NCBI GenBank assembly: GCA_947591505.1
Contig: CANQDM010000002.1
Span: 1-60,682 of the forward strand
Length of the DNA: 60,682 nucleotides
Reading direction: 5' to 3'
Source of the DNA: an uncultured Bacilli bacterium
GTDB taxonomy: Bacteria > Bacillota_I > Bacilli_A > RF39 > UBA660
In this document: in pieces, positions 46,701 through 52,530 of the stretch
Numbering within the stretch: position 1 is the stretch's first letter
How the letters are laid out: each line of letters begins with the position of its first letter
Translations under genes and position numbers: made by a program
Notes under the pieces: generated by a model
What the model saw: the letters and a program-made list of their open reading frames with translations, nothing else
What the model was told of the DNA's origin: nothing
Databases searched by the model: none

Positions 46701-48765
46701 TAAAATATGAATTTAGAGAATAATACATTGCTCCAATTCCTTCAAATGGAGTTATTAAAACAGATCCAATAGATGCTAATATTGGATGTTCACTAGCATA
46801 TTCTTGATCTTCCAATGTTTTATTGGCTAACCATCTTTTATCAACTTCACTTGATAATACATCATTTAAATAATTATATGCACCATCTATTCCTTCTGTA
46901 TTATAAATATAATTAAATATTAGTTTTTCTTCTTCGCTAACAAATGGTAGCCATTGTAGATAATGGTTAAATAAATCATCATTTGCAGTTACAGGAAATA
47001 AAACTCCATCAACAGATAAATAACCATTAGAAAGGTTTCCACCTTCACCATTAAGCATACAACTAATTAAATTTACAATTTCTTCTTTACTAGTTACTCT
47101 AATAGTTGGTATAGCATCATAATCAGATGGAGATATTATTTTATTTTTATTTGCTTCTTGTAATGCTTTTATTGTTTCTAGAGCTTCACTATTAAAAGTA
47201 TTATTAGTATCAAAATCATCTGCATGCAAATATGAATCAACATTATTAATGTAATAATCAACTTCTTCTTTTATTGCATCACATATGTTTTGATATGTAC
47301 TAACTTTGACCTCTAATTGCTTTATTTCTGAATTTATGTTTTCTAAATTTTCATTTCTATTATTTACTAAATCACCATATTTATCTGATATTGAATAAAA
47401 GTATTGTTCTTGAGCTTCTGTTTCTGTCCAACGATAAATTGTTTTTTCATTTTTTGAAAATAAAGGTTTAATAGTTTCTGCAGTTAAATTGGCTCGTAAT
47501 TCTGCAAGCAATTCGCTATCTTTATACATTTCTTCAAAGGTTAGCGGTGTATATGAAACATCATCTACATAACCAGACATATAAGGATCTTCATATTTAT
47601 AATTGATATTACCATTTTCATCAGTATATTCCCATGCTACAACTGTAGAATTTAAAATGTCATCTAAATTTTCGCCCATTTTAAGTCTAGTTATAAAATT
47701 CATTATAGCATCTATTTCATAATTTTCTGCTTCTAATTTTTGCTTATATAATTCATTTAATCTATTAGTATCATCATTTATTGCTTGCTCTAAATCTGTT
47801 ATATTATTATATTCTAAACCATATGCTTGCAAATATGAAGCATATATCATATCTACTCTTCTAGTATTATCTTCATCATTTTCTATTTGTTCAAATAATT
47901 CTTCTTGACTTATTTTTCCGTTTAATACTTGCTCTATATCCATCTCATTTAAGCCAAAAGATTCTAATAACATTCTATATGTATCAACATCTATTTCTGT
48001 AACAACTTCTTGTCCCCAGGAATTGATGGTAGTTATAGTAACTTTTGTAGCATCTTCAACATTATTATTACTAGCAGAACTATCAAACGAATTTTCAGGC
48101 ATATCAAAAGATACACCAGCACCACTATTGTTATTACCTTGATTAGCATTTTGATTGCTAGTCATATTAACATTAGTAGAAGATGATGTTTGATTAGATG
48201 TAGCATTATTATTTTTAGCATTAAATGGTGTTTTATTATCTTGTGGCTTAACATTCATATCATTTTGTGCTTTTGATTCATTATTACTTGATAAGCTATT
48301 TCCATTCATAGTAGAATTGGAATTTTGATTTGTAGAATTAATATCAGGTGCTTTTGAAGAATCAACATTAGTTGAATTATTTATATTACTACTATCATTT
48401 AAATTAGAATTATTACTAGTTTGATTAACTTGTTGTTGAGATGCATCATTAACTTGAGAAGATCCAGAAGTTGTAGGACCAGAAGAAGCACTTGTATTTG
48501 TGGTTGATACTGAATCAGCTGTTTTGCTTTCATCCACAGTAGTCGAAAAATCCATAGTTTCTGTTTGACTACTCGATCTTCCTCCATATGTATTTGCAGT
48601 TCCAGCATTATAATTTTGGGGTGCTTCGCTTTGTGTAGAAGTTAAACTAGCTTTTTCACTTTTATTTGCATCAGAATATAACTTATCTAATTTTACATCT
48701 TCAAAATCTACTGATGCATTAACGCCATCTATTTGTTTTGCACCAGATACACCAAAATTACTCAT
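37750..48765 (-). CDS. giant (3,671 aa) multidomain putative secreted effector/toxin
   Basis: Uninterrupted 11-kb ORF. S/N/T/Q-rich N-terminal ~200 aa. Transglutaminase-like Cys1385/His1415/Asp1434. HEFGH at 2374-2378 (41632..41646). C-terminal papain-like Cys3464 (GCAYMA), His3625 (GGHAMLIT), SSWSG. Confidence 0.8.
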   Translation of the reverse strand: MSNFGVSGAKQIDGVNASVDFEDVKLDKLYSDANKSEKASLTSTQSEAPQNYNAGTANTYGGRSSSQTETMDFSTTVDESKTADSVSTTNTSASSGPTTSGSSQVNDASQQQVNQTSNNSNLNDSSNINNSTNVDSSKAPDINSTNQNSNSTMNGNSLSSNNESKAQNDMNVKPQDNKTPFNAKNNNATSNQTSSSTNVNMTSNQNANQGNNNSGAGVSFDMPENSFDSSASNNNVEDATKVTITTINSWGQEVVTEIDVDTYRMLLESFGLNEMDIEQVLNGKISQEELFEQIENDEDNTRRVDMIYASYLQAYGLEYNNITDLEQAINDDTNRLNELYKQKLEAENYEIDAIMNFITRLKMGENLDDILNSTVVAWEYTDENGNINYKYEDPYMSGYVDDVSYTPLTFEEMYKDSELLAELRANLTAETIKPLFSKNEKTIYRWTETEAQEQYFYSISDKYGDLVNNRNENLENINSEIKQLEVKVSTYQNICDAIKEEVDYYINNVDSYLHADDFDTNNTFNSEALETIKALQEANKNKIISPSDYDAIPTIRVTSKEEIVNLISCMLNGEGGNLSNGYLSVDGVLFPVTANDDLFNHYLQWLPFVSEEEKLIFNYIYNTEGIDGAYNYLNDVLSSEVDKRWLANKTLEDQEYASEHPILASIGSVLITPFEGIGAMYYSLNSYFTGQKIRRVDVYSSGDIWRTQVASDIAKNSETLSFLYSTGMSMIDSLELIGISVATGGVATPLISAATMGSRAYVSTLNDALDRGLSDGEAVALAFTSSVVETAMESYSVSHLLNLEEKLSENVLKLTNKIASNISNPTIANLVTKSFYVGASALSQGFVEGEEEFTTEILNYVADIFIAKDLSNYTQSINNYILNGDDENTALIKTMKDFSNQAFQAFLGGFVSGITFGSFGGTKTTVRASYAIANNMYNKLNGTTKAQQFAQVLEINRSELQAYYDVVQKSKNGEVLTDSEISFLRHGTIEMQISKYMKDKAKARLRGILKDVKIYTDSKGMNNGKPIDITDIDDYSKAAHDFAEGNKALEALLLTSYQNGIETHASCGGHIGEYGEHSPYISFKITPTFSKYLPSILSALDGYDFDLSFQKSLSRDIPYSIAFYPHNYDSELFNILNSVIGTTVSDSFVLSTNMQKIQNIYELINKIDVEFVLNIKNEMHGSTNEFSYYAKLDSAFIHGESVTSEELTSKLSGIEEILNSSLESENSPSSNNSSENAEDTIPLKEKIKERIFDLKTPAEIEEFVKERLSELESISEEKTVGQNYTDSFQNFISEVIHFKPADKIMNHDCPDLVYDDISPYIELINSLKSGNDYNEPILFTKIFEIINNYLPSNDVGFKRLDCYASHLEDGKVSIRDIIANSCAFCSEKAGLAHNLFKFLGIDSEFASGIRNGENHAYNLIYPNGYGTEPVVIYDPSFSLDFVKDSSRYSLGFYYSLKGEELIKFNQGLPIKIDTIKAENYYKKLYDSVLSDATHIKEDITYNFGLKKYSAYKERILKEIRTFEQETWLWHNESSEFYSDTEYFYELENKLSKNIEVNFEEQDIYILMDAIRYKYGMQSKVFLNNPQLSEYIPYIKSISLDGDISVISKQIDFLETTLINFINNNVDTIMTDNPYSGKFGKEGLSLALSSLRSIIANPNYRDLLIDQEKLDLVMDYEYLKENENGLKRLERKYSDLIEKIWENSLDSSIQDKNFSVLFSNIFGPLNYQADNLINRQDQHSTSLITSNLIATYGSTTRRIGFIYPSDSHIISASAWDLNSNVFGKGIKNKEKGTILVTPAALEQEGMKITLENGESPYFSTQYNEVLVDSKPCGILYIGYGEKDLNSDYNKAILMAKKYNLPFYEIDMLDYEDTLTANDKYYIAYHSIYSYLGLSIDSFLGTDDNSVKLFTLIIDIVNKNKELIADKFLELKRNNKLSKENIQLVLEENLDSITKSILDSIKSGNLETNSYIRRINLLEQELNEAIEDLNKINESGSLGTYGIDIEYHDDLKFVSDDILKSFANFSKNISIFPNDMENVQEIVIPLSLSDLQRKYSTRIYFDIKTREFYDYDAMRNLILERIAEENSLEYYTKLENKIFAAETMIKYPDSFEFSISEDEFFKINTDVFTFLLDPRTILFKLSSGMNVYVVDNFESLEKVTNDVNLFNEEYFLYDITSKKIYKPEDLEEVFKQRKEQYIIDEIEMANDLASQNESYEIKLESLSDIEKIVDKLDNSTLSYVVLSEHADYKIFIPTTLEELETIKKLYSSDDKILFYTKKIGLQEYEETKKYFREGLYDSVASKTFSNLMSAVLEKAKLNGKSDVATIIANIEKIKTLNKNFGVKFTLAEEGYTAKNEPIFVGYKAYDNFNEMRVFFHEFGHSMFDAIFKAKIPRNYLSVLSKVQNHISKNSDLISRFFKNFYFAYGSVAEQTEQIFLNNYEKILTEQVAALDKQTLQDILFDSTDGHATFDDNALENYRKEVFENEARKIKSNIKSNLLNQQTVCYPDISGLFHDLFLGSDKLVLVNQFGEIERLAPDTTIYQHEEDYYKNVAAISLSLNEQVAAYTTLKFMDAIYGTQNINVLENLLGKDYIDFMENIWNGFVNFFETGNISDIDVLTDEDELIFSPYIKELLDGNILAPFSDTIEGIDTIVLSSKNISGNPNILHNNYNFDQIVFNINAINCFANKKIVIKVPNKIFLELFEARIEDINNKDYITLCYDGDFEQKMFSINEIDKLFERIDECSISPIISDVIDNSIKIPKLANAYYMEMSPSSVEHLDDSERIINVRNRVFKGGLAFGKNNPIAMATNENSIYRVTGMNQVTDILNSGFVRPKEGKLKGGHINEVFWTQGSDKTYYYDKRPVLEVSVDKLADNQMGAISINDLQAIWIFDEQQGKYVNRLKELKRLIEINNSKIELNANIITTYLVSNKFDDANILRILEESQLLENRLISTINTNGEIDNLIKEIKNITEETLPQGYKDLTELKERIIDKLIETNSLLKLSNQQFYDLIEDDLIMLRKVIGHEKLTYFITKNLADLPNKFASLFDGLSNDELLKIFDNEEITNYFDSLSDEQFLEIAKAFIKYNSNVIVISNNFRNKLFKIDPKLLSNFFSTVFFDLGKTLEADIDSGTIFIEEFLKNYGNDDIMINNPQLAAKVLQCLPFGFHGEYDSQKEVLRNFDKKAKQNLCNKIISNALIEIPTDATIRKDGYFDIKYTIDGIEYIKKSMKSYGKLDLLTELVSQYDAILSDKLKIVSITEDVIKNTLSINDNTKDGLNVITLEINGEIEKHLVRFRYGSTDLTRLARSKQINSVKIISIEPFIQSTFDLKVDDKYSVYKLTYTIDNQEFEQYFPTIGDTLYLDNFITLNDLYNATNFKIEPINLDSLPKSQFNINKYQNSNEIFKDNAYGGNQSDVREIVVSALSGEQLSEINRQKSEILIKIIKNYYPDAQETDLKNIAKAYEECGCAYMAIANSFITYMNSIENGSNIFLEKMGFNLSVTDGITKSPNLEAVALDFYLHIHKVVENNSTIDELLKNSHGMSAMIYETVTNSYFASKGINVELNHNMFDLEDYKKDIVINSLNNKGFWILGSSGFDLESLDNNLTVGDDAALTHIKIEGKTLKNIGGHAMLITDMFENGDLMVSSWSGKYRFIPNSHTTRISIYSIIFNIINGG

Positions 48766-48805
48766 ACCTTCACCACCTTTTACTCTGTTTTATTTTTATT
48801 CAATT

Positions 48806-49048
48806 TTAATATGATTTTCTTAATGTACTATATCTACTATTAGAAATGGATGTTGCAGAACTTGATAAAGATTTTTTTATGTTATTAATTGCATCACCAT
48901 TATATGTTTTATCATTTATTAAAATTGTTCTATTCATAGTATTTTCTAATTGTTGAACACTTTGATTTAAATTATTTATTTGATTAGTTATTAAATATAA
49001 TCTATACGAAATATTTGCATATTTTTTCTTTTTTACTGCATCATCCAT
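48806..49048 (-). CDS. small helical protein (effector-associated, candidate chaperone/adaptor)
   Basis: ATG at 49048 with GGTGA 8 nt upstream, right after the previous stop; the call rests on position. Confidence 0.45.
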   Translation of the reverse strand: MDDAVKKKKYANISYRLYLITNQINNLNQSVQQLENTMNRTILINDKTYNGDAINNIKKSLSSSATSISNSRYSTLRKSY

Positions 49049-49049
49049 T

Positions 49050-49346
49050 TTAAATATCACCATCAAATCTATTTATTGTTTCTATACTTACTCTATCATA
49101 TCTAGCAATTGCATTACTTAATATATTCACATATTTAGCTCTTTTAGTTGAAATTTTAGAAACGCTAGTTTTACTATCGATTATTTTTTCTAAAAAATCA
49201 GCCGTATTAGATGTATTATAATTTCTTAAACATAATTGCATTTTTTCAAATATTTTACCTAATACCTGCTTTTCTTCTTCTGAATAATAATTAATTTGTT
49301 CAATATTTTTTTCTAATAACGATTTATTTAAAATATTCTCATTCAT
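49050..49346 (-). CDS. small helical protein (98 aa, effector-associated)
   Basis: Tiled ORF between the WXG-like genes and the giant gene. Confidence 0.5.
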   Translation of the reverse strand: MNENILNKSLLEKNIEQINYYSEEEKQVLGKIFEKMQLCLRNYNTSNTADFLEKIIDSKTSVSKISTKRAKYVNILSNAIARYDRVSIETINRFDGDI

Positions 49347-49349
49347 ATA

Positions 49350-49925
49350 CTATTCTCCTAAATAAAAGTCAAAATCATTTATTTTAATTGCTTCTAAAGC
49401 ATTTATTTTGTTTTTTACTTCTTTTTCTATATTTTCTATTTTATTAAATAAATTAACTACTTGGGTTTTAATCGTAGATAGTTTATTTCTTACACCAACA
49501 ATTACATCTTTTTGAAGTGATATGCTATATATTTCAGAATAATAAAAACTTCTATCAATGTAATTAAAACTATTAATTATATTTGATGCTTTATTATAAC
49601 AATCATCTATTTGACCAAGTAAGGAATTTTTATTATTCAAATTACATTTTATTTTGTTTCCAAATTCATGGTATTTAGTATATACTAATTCAAATATTTC
49701 TTTTTTAGATTTTAGTGCTTGCAAAAACAAATCAGATTCTTGCTTTTCCAAATAAATCTCATTATCAAATTTAACAGAATTACCATCTTGCCAATTAATA
49801 CAACTATCTTTTAATTGATTAAATAGATTTAATTTAATATTTTCGTATTCATCAATTAAAGCGGTTAATCCCATTATGTTATTGCTTAATTCTCCCATAT
49901 CAACATCTATTATAATTACCACCAT
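49350..49925 (-). CDS. WXG-motif-containing helical protein (191 aa; start uncertain)
   Basis: INWQDGNSVKF resembles the W-x-G turn of WXG100 proteins; no good RBS at any of the first three ATGs. Confidence 0.45.
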   Translation of the reverse strand: MVVIIIDVDMGELSNNIMGLTALIDEYENIKLNLFNQLKDSCINWQDGNSVKFDNEIYLEKQESDLFLQALKSKKEIFELVYTKYHEFGNKIKCNLNNKNSLLGQIDDCYNKASNIINSFNYIDRSFYYSEIYSISLQKDVIVGVRNKLSTIKTQVVNLFNKIENIEKEVKNKINALEAIKINDFDFYLGE

Positions 49926-49991
49926 TTTCTAAATATAAAATAACATTTAACATGTTATTTTATATTTAGAAAAAGATATATATCTTTTTCT
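49925..49991 (-). terminator. two overlapping perfect hairpins (22-bp and 11-bp stems) after the WXG-like gene
   Basis: 49925-49946 pairs with 49952-49973; 49968-49978 pairs with 49981-49991; the two share 49968-49973. Confidence 0.5.
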
Positions 49992-49998
49992 AAACAAA

Positions 49999-50682
49999 CT
50001 ATTCACCAGTAGTATTATTGAAAGCATCTGAGATACCTGAAGATACTTCTTGGTATTTTTGAACAGCTTTATTAATTTGACCTTGTAATGATTCTTCTCC
50101 ATCAGTTAAATATTTAAATATTTTATGAAGTTCACCACTTACAGTTACAAAGCATTGTTTTAATGCTTCACCTTGTCCATGACCAATGAAAGCACTTTCA
50201 GCATCTAGATTATTTGCTAAAGTTTCAAGATCAGATTTGATTCCTTCTTCAACTTCACCTAATCTACTTGCAATTTGACTTGCTTGTCCTTCTTCAATTG
50301 TTACATTACCAGCATTTTCAGGTTGAATATCAGAAACATTTAAAGTTAGATCTACAGTATCGATTGTTGCCAAGCTAGGAATTTCTCCTCCTGTATTTTC
50401 AGCCCAATTCTTTCCTGCACTTTCAACTGCTCCTCTATAAGCATCAAATGCTTGTGTAATATTTTCTCCAGATGCTTTTACTGTTTGAGCAAATCCATTG
50501 AAGAAATCTACTGCTTCTGGAGCATACCATACTGTAGACATAGGAACAATAATATCGCTATGTAATCTTTCTACGATATTTTGTCCAGCTTGTTGTGCAG
50601 TAGAATTAATTACATCTCTTAGTGCATTTACTTGTTCACAATTATATCCAGATGTTTCTCCAGATCCACCAAATAAACCCAT
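49999..50682 (-). CDS. WXG100-superfamily / LXG-like T7SS substrate candidate (227 aa)
   Basis: ATG at 50682 with GGGAGGAG 6 nt upstream. Helical, A/Q/E/G-rich and GC-richer than its surroundings. VWYAPEAVDFF lies at the position of the WXG turn. First gene after the promoter. Confidence 0.55.
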   Translation of the reverse strand: MGLFGGSGETSGYNCEQVNALRDVINSTAQQAGQNIVERLHSDIIVPMSTVWYAPEAVDFFNGFAQTVKASGENITQAFDAYRGAVESAGKNWAENTGGEIPSLATIDTVDLTLNVSDIQPENAGNVTIEEGQASQIASRLGEVEEGIKSDLETLANNLDAESAFIGHGQGEALKQCFVTVSGELHKIFKYLTDGEESLQGQINKAVQKYQEVSSGISDAFNNTTGE

Positions 50683-50764
50683 AATTTCACTCCTCCCATT
50701 ATTAAAAAGTTTATTTTCCGATAAACAAAACATTACTACGAATACCTTATCTATCTATAAGAAA

Positions 50765-50794
50765 ATTATACCCCCCCCAGAAACCAATTGTCAA
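50765..50794 (-). promoter_or_regulatory. sigma-A-type promoter TTGACA-N18-TATAAT with a G8 tract in the spacer
   Basis: Minus strand reads TTGACAattggtttctGGGGGGGGTATAAT, about 80 nt upstream of ATG 50682. Confidence 0.6.
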
Positions 50795-50803
50795 CAATAT
50801 TTA

Positions 50804-50820
50804 CAAATTTGTACACAAAT
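50804..50820. repeat. 17-bp direct repeat CAAATTTGTACACAAAT, left copy (candidate target-site duplication)
   Basis: Perfect match to 52531..52547; contains the internal dyad ATTTGT-AC-ACAAAT. Confidence 0.9.
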
Positions 50821-52530
50821 GTAAAATTTTTATTTAACTTCCCGAATTTTTATTTTTGTGCATTTAACTTTGGAAATTTATGGGGGATTAAATTAAATAC
50901 AAAAAATTTCAAAGCATATCATTGATCAATAGGCAGGTTCAAATACGCAATAATTTTGTCAAATAGATTTTATCTGTTTGACCAGCAAAGCGTTCAAGTA
51001 TTTGAATCTGGGTTCCTGTTGTCAATGAGGAATTTGAAATTTTTTATATTTAATTTTATAATATCTTTTCGTATCTTAGCTTAGAAAGGATTTTATTTTT
51101 ATGAAAAATGCTAAGAAAAACAAACATTTATCTTTTGAAGATAGATGTGTTATTGAAGAATTTTTAAATTATGGCTATTCTTTCTCTAAAATTGCCAATC
51201 GTTTATCCAAAGATAGAACTACTATTGCTAGAGATGTTAAAAAACATCGTTTTTTAAGAACTACTGCCTTTTGCAATAATCTTCCTTGTTGTTTTGAAAA
51301 CAAACCTCCTTATGTTTGCAATGGTTGTAAAAAATTTAATTATTGTAAAAGAATTCGTTATTCTTATTCTCATGATATTGCTTATAATGAATACAAAAAA
51401 GCTTTAATTAATCATCGTTCTCATTTAAAAATTACCAAAGATGAAATTGCTTCTATTAACGATATTATTTCTCCTTTAATGATTCACAAACATCATTCCG
51501 TTAATCAAGTATATATTGAACACCCTGAATTATTACCTTTTTCTAAATCCACTTTCTATAAATATATCGATTTAGGTATCCTTAATGTCCGTAACATTGA
51601 TTTACATAGAAAAGTTAGATTTAGAGTTAAAAAAGAATATGATTATACTCGACTTAAAACTAATCCTAAAATTAAAATCGCTCGTTTTTTCACTGACTTT
51701 AATTCTTATATGGAATTTCATTCTAATGCTTCTGTTGTTGAAATGGATACTGTTATTGGCACTTCTGGTGGTAAAGGTGGTAAATGTTTCCTTACTCTTT
51801 TATTTAGACAATATAACTTTATGCTCATTTACTTACTTCCTTACAAACAATCTAAATATGTTATTCAAGTTTTTAACCATCTTAAATCTCTATTAGGTAT
51901 TGATGAATTTAAACGTTTATTTGAAGTTATACTAACTGACAATGGCACAGAATTCTCTGACCCTGATTCTATTGAAATGGATTTTAACACTGGTGAAAAA
52001 GTTTGTTCCCTTTTCTATTGTGATCCAAATTGTTCTTGGCAAAAGGGTTCCATCGAAAAAAATCACGAATACATTCGTTATGTTTTACCTAAAGGTTCTT
52101 CTTTTGCTTCCTTAACTCAAGATGATTGTTACTTACTTGCTTCTCATATCAATTCTATTCCTAGAATTTCTTTAAACAATCATTCTCCTTATGAGTCGAT
52201 TTATCTTTTTTTAGGTCAATCTAATTTAGATAAATTACAAATAAAAAAGATCGAGTCTGATGACATTGATCTTTCCATTAGATTACTTAAAAAGTAATCT
52301 TCTCTAAGCTAAGATACATTACAATTTACCATCTTATTTCCGGGCAGTTACTCTCACTCAAAATTTTTTTATTCAACTGCACGTCTTTTTGAATGCAATA
52401 ATTTTTTCGCTTCGTGTCTATATTTTAATATTTTTTATCCTTTTTTGCAACTTTTTCTCACTTTTTTCGGGCATTTACCTATATAATCCTTTTTTCTTAT
52501 TTACCCGTGCACTTTCTTTTTAATTTAACG
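50821..52530 (+). mobile_element. IS30-family insertion sequence (outer boundaries uncertain)
   Basis: Bounded by the 17-bp direct repeat. Contains a TTGAAA-N17-TATAAT promoter (51034..51062), a 15-bp perfect IR GTATCTTAGCTTAGA (51071-51085 / 52303-52317) and the only long plus-strand ORF in 58 kb. Confidence 0.6.
51101..52297 (+). CDS. IS30-family DDE transposase
   Basis: N-terminal HTH (LSFEDRCVIEEFLNYGYSFSKIANRLSKDRTTIARDVKKH) and catalytic core with MDTV...LTDNGTEF...EKNHEYIR. Confidence 0.85.
   Translation: MKNAKKNKHLSFEDRCVIEEFLNYGYSFSKIANRLSKDRTTIARDVKKHRFLRTTAFCNNLPCCFENKPPYVCNGCKKFNYCKRIRYSYSHDIAYNEYKKALINHRSHLKITKDEIASINDIISPLMIHKHHSVNQVYIEHPELLPFSKSTFYKYIDLGILNVRNIDLHRKVRFRVKKEYDYTRLKTNPKIKIARFFTDFNSYMEFHSNASVVEMDTVIGTSGGKGGKCFLTLLFRQYNFMLIYLLPYKQSKYVIQVFNHLKSLLGIDEFKRLFEVILTDNGTEFSDPDSIEMDFNTGEKVCSLFYCDPNCSWQKGSIEKNHEYIRYVLPKGSSFASLTQDDCYLLASHINSIPRISLNNHSPYESIYLFLGQSNLDKLQIKKIESDDIDLSIRLLKK

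Noticed and set aside
48399-48608. 69-aa minus-strand ORF in an alternate frame of the giant gene
   Set aside because: It is generated by the repetitive AAT/AGT-rich low-complexity region; the main frame is continuous and far longer.
50938-51006. Nested hairpins (TTCAAATAC / GTATTTGAA and GTCAAA / TTTGAC) considered as a riboswitch or sRNA
   Set aside because: They lie inside the direct-repeat-bounded IS, just upstream of the transposase promoter. They are more simply explained as IS-internal regulatory or end structure, and no known riboswitch consensus was recognised.
51585-51896. 103-aa plus-strand ORF overlapping the transposase in another frame
   Set aside because: It is embedded in the transposase catalytic core, which has clear IS30-type motifs in the main frame.
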